A DNA stretch of 64,000 bases from an uncultured Gammaproteobacteria bacterium (GCA_963773065.1 CAVYZN010000002.1:32001-96000); one strand, 5' to 3'; counted from the first letter of the stretch, positions 20,588-35,351 are shown. Translations and numbers: made by a program. The notes: generated by a model from the letters alone, not told the origin.

Positions 20588-21904
20588 CTAGTCGCAGTTC
20601 AGGTGCTCGAGGCGTATGCGGGTGATCCGCCCATGGATGGTGGCGAGCGCCTCGATCTGCCGGATGGCGGCGTTCATCTGGCGTTCCCTGATGGCATGGG
20701 TCAGGATGATGATCGGCACCTCGAGGGCATCCGGCAAGGGTTCCTTCTGCAGGATGGCTTCGATACTGATGTCGAGTTCGCCCAGGATGCGCGTCACCTC
20801 CGCGAGTACGCCCGGCTTGTCCGTCGCCAGCATGCGCAGGTAGTAGGCCGTTACCACCTCCTCCATCGGCAGGATGGGCATATTCGACAGGGCATCGGGC
20901 TGGAACGCCAGGTGCGGCACCCGGTTCTCCGGATCCGCCGTCAGGGTGCGCACCACATCGATGATGTCCGCCACCACGGCCGAGGCGGTCGGTTCCGAGC
21001 CCGCGCCGGCCCCGTAATAGAGCGTCGGGCCCACGGCGTCGGCGTACACCAGCACGGCATTCATCACGCCGTCCACATTGGCGATCAGCCGCCGCTCGGG
21101 AATCAGGGTGGGATGAACGCGCAGCTCGATGCCGTCACCCGTCCGGCGGGCGAAACCGAGGTGCTTGATGCGGTAGCCGAATTCGGCGGCATAACCGACA
21201 TCATCGCGGGTGATGCGGCTGATGCCCTCCGTATAGACCTTGTCGAACTGCAGCGGTATGCCGAAGGCGATGGATGCCAGGATGGTCAGCTTGTGCGCCG
21301 CGTCGATGCCTTCGATATCAAACGTCGGGTCGGCTTCGGCGTAGCCCCGTTGCTGCGCTTCCTTCAGCACCTCCGCGAAGTCGCGGCCCTTGTCGCGCAT
21401 CTCGGTCAGGATGAAGTTTCCCGTCCCGTTGATGATCCCGGTCAGCCATTCGATCTTGTTGGCCGCCAGGCCCTCGCGTATCGCCTTGATGATCGGGATA
21501 CCCCCGGCAACGGCCGCCTCGAAGGCGACCATGACGCCCTGCTCCTGGGCGGCCGCGAAGATCTCGTTCCCGTGCCTCGCGATCAGGGCCTTGTTGGCCG
21601 TGACCACGTGCTTGCCATTGGCGATGGCCCGAAGCACCAGCTCGCGCGCCGGTTCGTAACCGCCGATCAGTTCGACGATGATTTCGGCATCCGGGTTGTC
21701 CACGACGGCGAAGGGATCGTCGGTAACCGGGATCGCCGCGATCCCGGGCAAGGCGGCGGGATCGTAGGCGCGCGCCGCCGCATGGCAGATGCGGATGCCG
21801 CGTCCCGCGCGGCGGGTGATTTCCCCGGCATTACGGTTCAGCACCCTGAAGGTTCCCCCGCCCACGGTCCCCAGACCGAGCAGGCCGACATTGACCGGAT
21901 TCAA
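20588..21904 (-). CDS. hom: Homoserine dehydrogenase
   Basis: GLGTVGGG, TANKAL, EAAVAGGIP, C-terminal ACT; TTG start inferred. Confidence 0.96.
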   Translation of the reverse strand: MNPVNVGLLGLGTVGGGTFRVLNRNAGEITRRAGRGIRICHAAARAYDPAALPGIAAIPVTDDPFAVVDNPDAEIIVELIGGYEPARELVLRAIANGKHVVTANKALIARHGNEIFAAAQEQGVMVAFEAAVAGGIPIIKAIREGLAANKIEWLTGIINGTGNFILTEMRDKGRDFAEVLKEAQQRGYAEADPTFDIEGIDAAHKLTILASIAFGIPLQFDKVYTEGISRITRDDVGYAAEFGYRIKHLGFARRTGDGIELRVHPTLIPERRLIANVDGVMNAVLVYADAVGPTLYYGAGAGSEPTASAVVADIIDVVRTLTADPENRVPHLAFQPDALSNMPILPMEEVVTAYYLRMLATDKPGVLAEVTRILGELDISIEAILQKEPLPDALEVPIIILTHAIRERQMNAAIRQIEALATIHGRITRIRLEHLNCD

Positions 21905-21908
21905 GTGT

Positions 21909-23115
21909 CTACCCTCCCGAGACACGCGCCTGATTGAGGTCATCGCGGAACATGTCCCGTATGCCCCGTATCGCCTGGCGGGTACGATGCTTGTTTTCGA
22001 TAAGGCTGAAGCGCACGTGGTCATCGCCGTACGACCCGAACCCGAGTCCCGGCGAGACCGCTACCCGGGCATCGACCAGCAGTTTCTTGGAAAACTCGAG
22101 CGAACCCATTTCCCGATAGGGTTCCGGGATCGGTCGCCCAGACGAACATGGTCGCTTTCGGTTTCGCGACGTGCCAGCCGATGGAATTCAGTCCGTCACA
22201 CAACACGTCGCGGCGTTCGCGGTAATTCTCGGCAATTTCCCTCACACAGTCCTGCGGGCCGTCGAGCGCGGCGATGGCCGCCACCTGGATCGGCGTGAAC
22301 ATGCCGTAATCCAGATACGACTTGATGCGCGCCAGCGCGGCGATCAGCGTCTGGTTGCCGCAGGCGAAACCGACCCGCCAGCCCGGCATGTTGTAGCTCT
22401 TGGACAGGGAGAAGAATTCCACGGCGACATCCATCGCCCCCTGGGCCTGCAGGATGGAAGGCGCCCGGTAGCCGTCGAATACCAGATCGGCATAGGCCAG
22501 ATCCTGCACCACCCAGATCTCATGCTCGCGCGCGACCGAGACCACTTTTTCGTAAAAATCCAGCTCCACGCACTGGGTGGTCGGGTTGCCGGGAAAGTTG
22601 AGGATCAACATCTTCGGCCGCGGCCAGGAGTCCTTGATGGCCTTCTCCAGTTCGACGAAGAAATCCACGTCCGGCTTTAATGGGACATGGCGGATATCGG
22701 CGCCGGCGATGACGCAGCCATAGGGATGGATGGGATAGGCCGGATTCGGAACCAGCACGGCATCGCCGGGACCGAGCGTCGCCAGCGCCAGATGCGCCAG
22801 TCCTTCCTTGGAGCCGATGGTGACGATCGCCTGTCGCTCCGGGTCCAGATCCACATCAAAGCGGCGCCCGTACCAGTCACAGATGGCCTTGCGCAGGCGC
22901 GGGATGCCCCGGGAGAGCGAATAGCGGTGCGTATCGCCCCGCTGCGTCGCCTCGATCAGCTTGTCCACGATATGCCGGGGGGTCGGCTGGTCGGGATTGC
23001 CCATGCCGAAATCGATGATGTCTTCACCGCGCGCCCGCGCGGCGGCCTTCAACTCATTGACGATGTTGAAGACATACGGCGGCAGACGTTTGATACGGGA
23101 GAATTCCTCAATCAA
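21909..23115 (-). CDS. alaC: Alanine transaminase AlaC (frameshift near 22130)
   Basis: [30 protein letters not shown]; C-terminus [16 protein letters not shown] in another frame. Confidence 0.92.
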
Positions 23116-23320
23116 GATGGTAACCGGCTTTTTGCAGTGATTCCGAGGTTGTTAAAGCAACTATTTATAGCGGCTAACGTTACTGAAAAGCGCCATGGGA
23201 AACAAGTGGCGCGCGTACCGGCGAGCACTGCCGGCCGCGGCAATTCCTTGCCACCTTCCCCTTCCCAGTCGGCGCTGACAGCGCTTGTTCAACGGCCGCA
23301 GGCCCGGTATCGTTCACGTC

Positions 23321-23689
23321 ATGCGTTTCGCCCAGGACAGCTTTGCGGGCAACATCATCCGCGCCTATGCCGCGGGCCAGGTCACGGTAAACGATGACGT
23401 CATCACCCGCAGCGTGATTGTGACACCGGACAGAATCATCCGGGACTGGCTGCCGGATTCGTTCGGGGAACTGGAACCGGGGCATCTCGCCCGGCTGGAC
23501 GAACTGCAACCGGAAATCATCGTGCTGGGAACCGGCAGCCGCCTGTGGTTCCCGACCCCCGAGTTCACCGCCGGCTTCCTGTCTCGCGGCATCGGGGTTG
23601 AAATCATGGACACGAATGCGGCCTGCCGAACCTACAACATACTCCTGTCAGAAGGCCGCCGGGTGGTTGCCGCGCTGCTGATGGCCTGA
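23321..23689 (+). CDS. Mth938-like (DUF498) protein
   Basis: PEIIVLGTG, GVEIMDTNAACRTYNILLSEGRRV. Confidence 0.92.
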   Translation: MRFAQDSFAGNIIRAYAAGQVTVNDDVITRSVIVTPDRIIRDWLPDSFGELEPGHLARLDELQPEIIVLGTGSRLWFPTPEFTAGFLSRGIGVEIMDTNAACRTYNILLSEGRRVVAALLMA

Positions 23690-23712
23690 CCAGTGTTCCT
23701 CCAGGAAATACA

Positions 23713-23829
23713 TTCACCGCAAAGACGCGAAGAACGCAAGGATTTTACAAGTCAGGTTCAGGATCTGAAGACGTTACCGGAATGCGATTGACGTGCAGCG
23801 AATGCTGCGTTCTTCGTCTTTGCGGTGAA
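23713..23829. repeat. Palindromic miniature element, copy C
   Basis: TTCACCGCAAAGACGCGAAGAACGCA ... TGCGTTCTTCGTCTTTGCGGTGAA between convergent genes. Confidence 0.8.
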
Positions 23830-23853
23830 GACTACTGCCGGCAAAACGTTCCG

Positions 23854-24874
23854 CTATTTCAGCAGGGCATCCATCGAGAAACCGTCGGCTTCGAGGATTT
23901 TCCTGCAGCCGCCGCAGGGCGTCCATCTGGATTTGCCGCACCCGCTCACGCGTCACGCCGATTTCCTCCCCCACCTCCTCCAGGGTGGACACCGGATGCC
24001 CGTGCAGACCGAAACGGCGCTCCACGACCTCGCGCTGCTTGTCATTCAACTGGCCGAGCCATTGTTCCATGTTGGTTTGCACATCGTCTTCCTGCAGGGT
24101 TTCCACCGGATCGTGGGCGCTATCGTCCGGTATGGTTTCAAGGAGTGTCCGGGCGGAATCGTGCATGATATTCGTGTCGGTCGAGGCGGTGCGCTCGTTC
24201 AGCCCCAGCATGTGCTCGACATCCTCGATCGGCTTGTCGAGCAGGGTCGCAATTTCCTCGGCGCTGGGGTCATGATCGAGTTTCTGCGCCAGTTTGCGCG
24301 CCACCCGGAGATAGAGATTGATCTCCTTGACGACATGGATGGGCAGGCGGATGGTGCGGCTCTGGTTCATGATCGCCCGTTCGATGGTTTGCCTGATCCA
24401 CCAGGTGGCATAGGTGGAAAACCTGAAGCCGCGTTCGGGATCAAACTTCTCCACCGCCCGTATCAGCCCCAGGTTGCCCTCCTCAATCAGGTCAAGGAGG
24501 GCGAGGCCCCGGTTCATATAGCGCCGCGCGATCTTGACGACCAGCCGCAGGTTGCTTTCGATCATCCGCTGACGGGCGGCCTCATTGCCTTTCTGGGCCA
24601 GCCGCGCGAAATATACCTCCTCCTCCGCCGTCAGCAGGGGTGAGGCGCCGATTTCGCTGAGATACAACCGGGTAGGATCGTGATTGTCTTCACGGGAGGC
24701 GGGAATGCGCTTTCCGGGTTCGGATTCGGGTTCGGATTCGGGTTCCGGGTAGCGGCTGCCGTTGTCCGCGAGCGTCTCCTTGTCCTCATCCACGCTCGCC
24801 TCCACCATGAGGTCAGACTCAGGCTTCGGCCTGTTGCGCCTCTTGTGATCCGAGTCCTTGCGATGATCAGCCAC
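23854..24874 (-). CDS. rpoS: RNA polymerase sigma factor RpoS (1-nt indel near 23905)
   Basis: [39 protein letters not shown], follows nlpD; corrected end [16 protein letters not shown]-stop. Confidence 0.94.
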
Positions 24875-24913
24875 TGCTCAACTCCCACCGGTCGTCTCAT
24901 TCAAGGTCGCGGA

Positions 24914-25816
24914 TCAGCCGCGCGGCAGGTAGCGCAGGGGATTCACCGGCTTGCCATCCGCGCGGATTTCGAAATACAGGCGGGCGCTGCTGGTTCCGCT
25001 GCTGCCCATTTTCGCAATGACCTGGCCGGCTTTGACATATTCACCTTCCGTTACGAGTAACTCGCTGTTATGCCCGTACGCGCTCAAAATACTGTCATTG
25101 TGTTTTATGATGATAAGACGACCGTATCCGACAAGTCCACTTCCCGAGTAGACCACCTTGCCGTCCGCCGCTGATAGGATCGGTTGCCCGGTGTTTCCGC
25201 CGATATCAATGCCCTTCTTGCCGGTTGCATCCGGTGCGTAGCCGCGCAGCAACGGGCCTTTGACCGGCCATACCCAGCGGGTGACGACGGCAGGGAGCGC
25301 CGGCCCGGGTTCGGCCACCGGCTCCGGGACCGGCGCCGGTAACGGGGTCCGGGCGGGTGTTGTCAGCGGACCTTGTTTCGGCAGCGCCCGGGGTGCGGCC
25401 ATCACTCTCGGTTGCGTTCGTGCCGTCGTAACCGGCCGGGACGACAGCGGCGCGGCTACCGCTTCCGGGCGGGACGCCGGTACTGGCGCTGACGGGATGT
25501 TACCCGTGGGCTTGGTACGCAGACGTTGGCCGACATAGATGGTGTAGGGTAAACGTATGGCGTTCATTTCGGCCAGTTGCCGGACATTCAGTCCCTGCTG
25601 CCAGGCGATCGAGTAGAGCGTGTCGCCGCGGCGCACGATGTAATACCCTGACTCTTGCGTGGCAATCGGATTTGCCGGCGTTGCGGGCTGTTCGCCCAAT
25701 TCCGTGCCACGGCTATCGACCGGGGCATTGATGGGCAGGGTATTGCAGGCGACGAACAGCGTCACCATCAGACCAACCCCGAGCAAACGCGCGTATTTGA
25801 ACATCAGTATCAACAC
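24914..25816 (-). CDS. nlpD: LysM/M23 lipoprotein NlpD
   Basis: Lipobox FVAC, LysM GDTLYSIAW, M23-like C-terminus. Confidence 0.92.
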   Translation of the reverse strand: MLILMFKYARLLGVGLMVTLFVACNTLPINAPVDSRGTELGEQPATPANPIATQESGYYIVRRGDTLYSIAWQQGLNVRQLAEMNAIRLPYTIYVGQRLRTKPTGNIPSAPVPASRPEAVAAPLSSRPVTTARTQPRVMAAPRALPKQGPLTTPARTPLPAPVPEPVAEPGPALPAVVTRWVWPVKGPLLRGYAPDATGKKGIDIGGNTGQPILSAADGKVVYSGSGLVGYGRLIIIKHNDSILSAYGHNSELLVTEGEYVKAGQVIAKMGSSGTSSARLYFEIRADGKPVNPLRYLPRG

Positions 25817-25834
25817 GGGCAGGCGCGCACCCCT

Positions 25835-26000
25835 GTCATGACCAGCAGCCAGCCGATACGTTTAATGCTGCTCTCACCATGGCTTTCATCCGGGGTCCGC
25901 CCCCTGCCGGCAAACCCGCCACCGGAAATAACCGTCTCCCCTTGCCGATGTGGGAGCCTGCGACAATCAGCGGCAAATTCATCGACACCGAGGCGGAAAC
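25835..26000 (-). pseudogene. 3' relic of YqaA/DedA-family membrane protein
   Basis: MNLPLIVAGSHIGKGRRLFPVAGLPAGGGPRMKAMVR then IKRIGWLLV in a shifted frame, at the usual pcm-yqaA-nlpD position. Confidence 0.6.
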
Positions 26001-26005
26001 CGGCA

Positions 26006-26686
26006 TCAGCTCGTGCCACTCAGCAAGGGCACGAAGACGACCGGATCGAGGGCCTCGCGATCGATGCCGGATTCGGTGCGGATAAGCAGCGTCAGTGTCT
26101 GGCTTTCCCGCTCACCTACCGGGATCACCAGCCGCCCGCCGGGCGCCAGTTGTTCGAGCAGGGCCTCGGGAACGGCCGCCGCCGCCGCCGTGACGATGAT
26201 GGCCTCATAGGGCGCGAAATCCGGCAACCCGACCGTGCCGTCGCTGTGCGCGGCGCGGATATTGCGCAACCCCAGTTGCCGGAAACGCTGCCGGGCGAGG
26301 GTCACCAGCGGCTCGATGCGTTCCACCGTGTACACCTTCGCCACCAACTGGGCGAGTACGGCGGCCTGATAACCGGAGCCCGTACCCACCTCCAGCACCC
26401 TCTCGGGACGACCCGTGATGGCCAGTTCCGTCATGGCGGCAACGACCAGGGGCTGGGAGATCGTCTGGTTATAACCGATAGGGAGCGCCGTATCCTCGTA
26501 AGCCCGGCTGGCCAGGGCCTCATCCACGAACAGATGCCGTGGCGTCTTGCGCATCACATCCAGGACCGCGGCATTGCGTATGCCGCCTTCACGCAGGCGC
26601 ATGACCAGCCGGTCGCGCGTACGCTGCGATGTCATGCCTATACCGCGTGTCAGAAAATTCACGTCAGAGGATTCCACATCACGCAT
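26006..26686 (-). CDS. pcm: Protein-L-isoaspartate O-methyltransferase
   Basis: [27 protein letters not shown]. Confidence 0.96.
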   Translation of the reverse strand: MRDVESSDVNFLTRGIGMTSQRTRDRLVMRLREGGIRNAAVLDVMRKTPRHLFVDEALASRAYEDTALPIGYNQTISQPLVVAAMTELAITGRPERVLEVGTGSGYQAAVLAQLVAKVYTVERIEPLVTLARQRFRQLGLRNIRAAHSDGTVGLPDFAPYEAIIVTAAAAAVPEALLEQLAPGGRLVIPVGERESQTLTLLIRTESGIDREALDPVVFVPLLSGTS

Positions 26687-26746
26687 GGGGTTGCGCTATC
26701 AGCATCAGCCAGTGGCCGCGGCGTGCCCCGGGGATTGGAACACGGG

Positions 26747-27490
26747 CTATTTCCCCAGCCAGGCGGCGACGCTATCCAGCGCCGCGTAGCGTGTCAGATC
26801 GACATCGATCGGTGTTACCGACACATACCCGGAGCGCACCGCATGAAAGTCGGTTCCCAGACCGGCATCCTGCTCCGGTCCGGCCGGTCCCACCCAGTAA
26901 ACGGTCCGCCCCCGGGGATCGACCATCGGGACAACCGCCTCGGACTTGTGGCGATGCCCCAGCCGCGTCACCTGCATGCCGGCCAGTTGGTCCAGCGGCA
27001 GGTCCGGAACGTTCACATTGAGGATTGTATCAGCCGGCAGGGAGCGCGACAGCAGACGCCTGACAAGATCCACGGCGACGTGGGCGGCGGTCTCATAATG
27101 CGTGGGTGTATGGGAGGCCAGGGACACCGCGATGGCGGGCAAGCCGAGGAAGCGGCCTTCCATGGCCGCCGCCACGGTACCCGAATAAAGCACATCATCG
27201 CCCAGATTGGCGCCGGCGTTGATCCCCGCGACCACCATATCCGGTTCCTTGCCCAGCAAACCGGTAATGGCGAGATGCACACAGTCGGTGGGCGTGCCGT
27301 CCACATAGGTAAAACCATTCTCCGCGAGGGTCGCCCGTATCGGGTTGTCCAGCGTCAGGGAATTACTGGCGCCGCTGCGGTCCCGGTCCGGCGCTACCAC
27401 GATGACGGTGGCGATTTCTCGCAGCGCCGCGGCAAGCACCCGGATGCCGGTCGACTGATAACCGTCGTCGTTACTGATCAAGATATCCAT
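26747..27490 (-). CDS. surE: 5'/3'-nucleotidase SurE
   Basis: [26 protein letters not shown]. Confidence 0.96.
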   Translation of the reverse strand: MDILISNDDGYQSTGIRVLAAALREIATVIVVAPDRDRSGASNSLTLDNPIRATLAENGFTYVDGTPTDCVHLAITGLLGKEPDMVVAGINAGANLGDDVLYSGTVAAAMEGRFLGLPAIAVSLASHTPTHYETAAHVAVDLVRRLLSRSLPADTILNVNVPDLPLDQLAGMQVTRLGHRHKSEAVVPMVDPRGRTVYWVGPAGPEQDAGLGTDFHAVRSGYVSVTPIDVDLTRYAALDSVAAWLGK

Positions 27491-27659
27491 TCGCGCCGCA
27501 TCTGCCTCGCCAAAAGAGCTGCATCGTAATATAAAGCCGCACAGGAACACAAAAGACGGTTGCAACGGCGGCTTGCAAGCGGCCGTCAAACTGGTTACGG
27601 TTCCAACAGCGGTGGAACCGGCCACCACCGATAAGAACCCTGAACGGACGCCACCCCAC

Positions 27660-28205
27660 ATGTCTCCGACCAGACTTCCCCCCTCCGACGATATTGACTT
27701 GTTCCGCCGCAGTATCGGGCCCATCAGGAGACTACGCAGCGACAAGGTCTATCCGCCGGTGAAACGCCCGGCGCCCAGGCCACGCGCCGCAATGGCCGAC
27801 GATCAGGCGCTCCCCGGGACCGGTTACACGGAGGAACTGCACGGCAGGGAGATCGGCGCGGGTGAAGCGCTTTACTATGCGCGCACGGGCTTGCAGCATC
27901 GCCTGTTACAGCGCCTGCGCCGGGGTCAGTTGCCGAGCGAGGCCGAACTCGACCTGCATGGGATGACCCTAGCGAAGGCGCGCTACGAAGTCGCGCGTTT
28001 CCTGTCCTATTGCGGGAAGCAGGGAATGCGCACGGTGCGCATCATCCACGGCAAGGGCCATGGTTCGCGGGAACAGGCGCCGGTGCTGAAGAACCACCTC
28101 AATCACTGGCTGCGCCAGCAGCAGGAGGTGCTGGCCTTCTGCTCCTCCCGGCCGGACCAGGGCGGCACCGGCGCGGTGAATGTCTTGCTGCGTTCGCGTC
28201 GTTAA
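27660..28205 (+). CDS. Smr-domain endonuclease
   Basis: [23 protein letters not shown]. Confidence 0.92.
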   Translation: MSPTRLPPSDDIDLFRRSIGPIRRLRSDKVYPPVKRPAPRPRAAMADDQALPGTGYTEELHGREIGAGEALYYARTGLQHRLLQRLRRGQLPSEAELDLHGMTLAKARYEVARFLSYCGKQGMRTVRIIHGKGHGSREQAPVLKNHLNHWLRQQQEVLAFCSSRPDQGGTGAVNVLLRSRR

Positions 28206-28212
28206 CCGCGTT

Positions 28213-28233
28213 ATTCACCGCAGAGACGCAGAG
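28213..28233. repeat. Single arm of the palindromic miniature element (copy D)
   Basis: ATTCACCGCAGAGACGCAGAG with no partner arm. Confidence 0.75.
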
Positions 28234-28261
28234 TTCGTCATCACGCAGGTTGCTGCCGCAT

Positions 28262-28732
28262 TCAGTCCTGCAGCAGGACCACCGCGAAGGCGGCGATGCC
28301 CTCGCCCCGGCCGGTAAAGCCCAGGCGCTCGGTCGTGGTGGCCTTGATGTTGACCCGCGAGGTCTCCAGCCGGAGATCGGCACCGATGTTCTCCCGCATG
28401 GCGGCGATATGCGGCGCCAGGCGGGGTTCCTGCGCGACGATGGTGATATCCGTGTTGACGATTTCAAGCCCACCGGCGGTCACGAGTCCGACCACGCGGC
28501 GCAGCAGGATGCGGCTGTCGATATTTTCATAGGCAGGATCGTGCGGGGGGAAATGCCAGCCGATATCGCCCAGACCGGCGGCGCCCAGCATGGCATCGCA
28601 CAGGGCGTGCAGGACCACATCCCCATCGGAATGCGCCTCAAGCCCCCTGGCATAGGGGATCGCTACGCCGCCCAGCACCAGGCTGCCCCCCGGCTTGAAG
28701 GCATGCGCATCGATTCCCTGTCCGATCCTCAC
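28262..28732 (-). CDS. ispF: MECDP synthase
   Basis: [31 protein letters not shown]. Confidence 0.97.
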   Translation of the reverse strand: MRIGQGIDAHAFKPGGSLVLGGVAIPYARGLEAHSDGDVVLHALCDAMLGAAGLGDIGWHFPPHDPAYENIDSRILLRRVVGLVTAGGLEIVNTDITIVAQEPRLAPHIAAMRENIGADLRLETSRVNIKATTTERLGFTGRGEGIAAFAVVLLQD

Positions 28733-29460
28733 GAGCTATGCCGTCCCCGCAGATAGTATTCCGCCAGCGCCAGATCGGACGGCACGGTTATCTTGATGTT
28801 GTCCGCATGGCCCCGAACCATGCGTGGCCGATAACCGGCCAGTTCCACGGCCGCGGCCTCATCCGTGACTGGAATGCCGCGCGTTATTGCCTGCTCCAGG
28901 GCCGATTGCAGCAGGCCGAGGCGGAACATCTGCGGCGTCTGCGCATGCCATAACGCCTGTCGCTCGACGGTCTCCACGACGCGGCCGTCCTCGCCGATGC
29001 GCTTCATGGTATCGCAGACCGGCACGCCGAGCAGTCCCCCGCAGGCATCATCAGCCAGTGCCTCGATCAGCTCGTGCACATCCCCGGCGCGCACACAGGG
29101 ACGCACCGCATCATGGACCAGCGCCCAGTCATGCATGCCGGCGAATCCGCCGAGATGCTGGATGGCATTGAGCACGCTCTGGCAGCGTTCGGCCCCGCCC
29201 CCCACGCACGCCAGGTTTTTCCCGGAAAACCGCGGCGCGATCTGCGGCCAGTAGGCGTCATCGGCGGACAGCGCCAGCACGACGCCTTCCATGCGCTCAC
29301 AGGCAAACAGCGTATTCAGGGTGTGTTCCAGCACGGTGTGTCCGTGCAAGGGCAGGTACTGCTTGGGAACATCCGCCGCCATGCGGCTGCCGATGCCGGC
29401 GGCCGGGACGATGGCCCAGTATTTCGGGACGGATGCGGATGCCGCGGTCTTATCGCGCAC
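28729..29460 (-). CDS. ispD: MEP cytidylyltransferase
   Basis: [28 protein letters not shown]. Confidence 0.96.
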   Translation of the reverse strand: MRDKTAASASVPKYWAIVPAAGIGSRMAADVPKQYLPLHGHTVLEHTLNTLFACERMEGVVLALSADDAYWPQIAPRFSGKNLACVGGGAERCQSVLNAIQHLGGFAGMHDWALVHDAVRPCVRAGDVHELIEALADDACGGLLGVPVCDTMKRIGEDGRVVETVERQALWHAQTPQMFRLGLLQSALEQAITRGIPVTDEAAAVELAGYRPRMVRGHADNIKITVPSDLALAEYYLRGRHSS

Positions 29461-29490
29461 GTCAGTCTGTCCCTGCTGTCAGCGTCAAGG

Positions 29491-29760
29491 TTATTCCACG
29501 ATCTGGTAGAACGTTTCCCCTTCCTTGACCATGCCCATGTCCTCCCGGGCGCGTTCCTCGATGGCATCCAGCCCCTGCTTGAGATCGAGCACCTCGGCGT
29601 TGAGCGCTTCGTTACGCTCGCGCAGACGCGCATTTTCCGCGCGCTGGGCCTCGACCTCCTGGTGCACGCCCCATAATTCCAGCAGGCCGCCGTCACCCAG
29701 CCAGAGCCGGTATTGCAAATACACCAACAGGATAATCAGGAAGAGAATCAGTTTCCTCAT
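29491..29760 (-). CDS. ftsB: Cell division protein FtsB
   Basis: LQYRLWLGDGG, coiled coil, IEERAREDMGM. Confidence 0.95.
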   Translation of the reverse strand: MRKLILFLIILLVYLQYRLWLGDGGLLELWGVHQEVEAQRAENARLRERNEALNAEVLDLKQGLDAIEERAREDMGMVKEGETFYQIVE

Positions 29761-29813
29761 GGCAGTGCACGAGGGCAACGGTCAGCCCATGGCGCAACCC
29801 GTCCCTGCGGCCA

Positions 29814-31276
<1,463 letters not shown>

Positions 31277-31304
31277 GTGAGTGTATAGACGTACCCGCCT
31301 GGCG

Positions 31305-32144
31305 TCAGTGCATCAACTCCGTTTCCGGCAAAGGCCGTGATTTTACCGCGGCATCAATCTCTTTGAGGGTGCCGAGCAATTCCCGCAGGCGCGCGAGCGG
31401 CCAGGCATTCGGGCCGTCACTCAGGGCCTGCTCCGGATCGGGATGGGTCTCCATGAAGATGCCGGAGACGCCGGCGGCCACCGCGGCGCGCGCCAGCACC
31501 GGCACGAACTCGCGCTGGCCGCCGGAGCGGTCGCCCTGACCGCCGGGCAGTTGTACCGAATGGGTGGCGTCGAACACGACCGGCACACCGCAACCGCGCA
31601 TCACCGCGAGCGAACGCATGTCGGAAACCAGGTTGTTGTACCCGAACGAGGCGCCCCGCTCGCATACCATGATCTGTTCATTGCCGGCGGCCATCGCCTT
31701 TTCGACGACATTGCGCATATCCCAGGGCGACAGGAACTGACCCTTCTTGATGTTGACCGGTTTGCCCTGCCGGGCGACGTTCTGGATGAAGTTGGTCTGG
31801 CGGCACAGAAAGGCCGGCGTTTGCAGTACATCGACGATGCCTGCCACCTCAGGCAGCGGCGTGTCCTCATGCACGTCGGTGAGGACCGGCACGCCGATCA
31901 GTTCCCGCACGAGCTGCAATATCCGCAGGCCCTCCTCCACGCCGGGGCCACGAAAGCTCTTATGTGAAGAGCGGTTGGCCTTGTCGTAAGAGGACTTGTA
32001 GATGAAGGGGATATCCAGTGCCGCGGTGATTTCCTTCAGCGCTCCGGCGGTATCGAGAGCAAGCCCTTCGCTTTCGATGACGCACGGACCCGCGATCAGG
32101 AAGAAGGGCTGGTCGATACCGGCCTCGAATCCACACAATTTCAC
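31305..32144 (-). CDS. kdsA: KDO-8-phosphate synthase
   Basis: [27 protein letters not shown]. Confidence 0.97.
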   Translation of the reverse strand: MKLCGFEAGIDQPFFLIAGPCVIESEGLALDTAGALKEITAALDIPFIYKSSYDKANRSSHKSFRGPGVEEGLRILQLVRELIGVPVLTDVHEDTPLPEVAGIVDVLQTPAFLCRQTNFIQNVARQGKPVNIKKGQFLSPWDMRNVVEKAMAAGNEQIMVCERGASFGYNNLVSDMRSLAVMRGCGVPVVFDATHSVQLPGGQGDRSGGQREFVPVLARAAVAAGVSGIFMETHPDPEQALSDGPNAWPLARLRELLGTLKEIDAAVKSRPLPETELMH

Positions 32145-32192
32145 GACGCTGTTGCTCCTGGGTTGGTGCTGCCTTGGGGCGGCATGCCGGGT

Positions 32193-33917
<1,725 letters not shown>

Positions 33918-33978
33918 TTACCAGATCGGGGCGCTCACCTCAATTACTTCGCGATGCCAGCCGCCCGGTGGTGAAGGC

Positions 33979-35304
33979 TCAGCCCCTGTCCCAGCGTAGC
34001 GCTAACCCGGGTTCATCCGGCCCGGCGCCGAACGGTTCACACACCCAGAAGTCCGCCACGGCCGCCAGCTCATCCCCGATGTAAACCAGCGGAATACGTC
34101 CCCGCTCCCAGGGTGGAATCCCGTGCTCCTGGAACAATTTCTTCAGCGTGTGGTGGTGCCGGCAACCGGCGGGACGGCAGCGTTCGCCGCCGCGGCGCCA
34201 GGTGACGCGCACGCCCGCCCCGGCGAGGGCGGCGCGCAGGCCGGCGCCGGTTTGGCTGGTCACGCTCAGGATCCCGCCCGCATCCGGGAGTTCAAGCGGT
34301 GTATCCAGTCGCCACACAAGCCAGGGTGGGCGCGCCAGCCGAGGTGCCTGGGGCAGGAGGTACAGACGGTCGCGGTAACGCCGCAGCTCGCAGGCGCCCC
34401 AGCGAACGCAGGGTTCGGCGTCTCCCCGGCCGTGGAGGATATCGTGAGCGATCCGCGCGAGCACCGCGGTGGACGGGGCGGTACCGCCCTTGCCCGCCAA
34501 CCAGTAACGCAAGGCATTGCGTTGCCGCTCCGGGGGCAGCCGGCGCAGCCCGGAAACCGGCAGGGTGTCCTTCGGCCCGCCGGCGAGCGCATTGACATCC
34601 TGTTCGGCCATTTGACCCAGGATCACCGCCGCCTCGGCACAGTGGCGGGCGCTGCGGGACAGGGTGCCCGCCAAGGCAGGCCAGCGCACGCGCAGCGCCG
34701 GCAGCACACGGTGGCGCAGGTAGTTGCGATCGAGCGAAACATCCCGGTTGCTGGGATCATCCACCCACACCAGGCGGTTCGCGACGGCGTATTCCAGTAA
34801 CGTGGCGCGGCTGCACTCGAGCAGCGGACGCACCAGGTAACCGCCGCCGAAATTCGTCAGCCCGGGCATCGCGGCCAGCCCCTTGACGCCGCTGCCGCGC
34901 AGCAACTGCAACAGCAGCGTCTCCGCCTGGTCATCCTGGTGCTGCGCGCTCAGCAGGTAATGGCCCTGGGGCAACCAGCCTTCCAGTACGGCGTAGCGCG
35001 CCGCCCGCGCCGCGGCCTCCCGGCTCTCGCCCGCGCCGGCACGGCCGTCGACCCGCAGGGAGACATAGTGGATATCCAGACCGGCGCAGACGGCGCGGCA
35101 ATGCTCATCCCATGCGCCGGCGTCGGCATGCAGGCCGTGGTTGACATGCACGGCGCCGATGCGCCCGGGCAGCGCCGGGCGCAGGGCCGCCAGGGCGTGC
35201 AGCAGCGTATGGGAATCGACGCCGCCGCTATAGGCAACCCAGCAGCGGGCGGCGGCGGGCAAGACAGTCAGCTTTTGATAGAGATAATCCGGAGAAAATA
35301 CCAT
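33979..35304 (-). CDS. tilS: tRNA(Ile)-lysidine synthetase
   Basis: SGGVDS, HQDDQAET, RNYLR. Confidence 0.95.
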   Translation of the reverse strand: MVFSPDYLYQKLTVLPAAARCWVAYSGGVDSHTLLHALAALRPALPGRIGAVHVNHGLHADAGAWDEHCRAVCAGLDIHYVSLRVDGRAGAGESREAAARAARYAVLEGWLPQGHYLLSAQHQDDQAETLLLQLLRGSGVKGLAAMPGLTNFGGGYLVRPLLECSRATLLEYAVANRLVWVDDPSNRDVSLDRNYLRHRVLPALRVRWPALAGTLSRSARHCAEAAVILGQMAEQDVNALAGGPKDTLPVSGLRRLPPERQRNALRYWLAGKGGTAPSTAVLARIAHDILHGRGDAEPCVRWGACELRRYRDRLYLLPQAPRLARPPWLVWRLDTPLELPDAGGILSVTSQTGAGLRAALAGAGVRVTWRRGGERCRPAGCRHHHTLKKLFQEHGIPPWERGRIPLVYIGDELAAVADFWVCEPFGAGPDEPGLALRWDRG

Positions 35305-35351
35305 CGGAGGTGTTCGGATACAACCACTCCTGCGCAGCGATCCAGGGAACA

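Noticed and set aside
25655-27529. Long antisense ORFs (for example 624 aa here, 657 aa at 36418, 477 aa at 54557)
   Set aside because: Shadow ORFs opposite well-conserved genes in high-GC DNA, with no recognisable motifs
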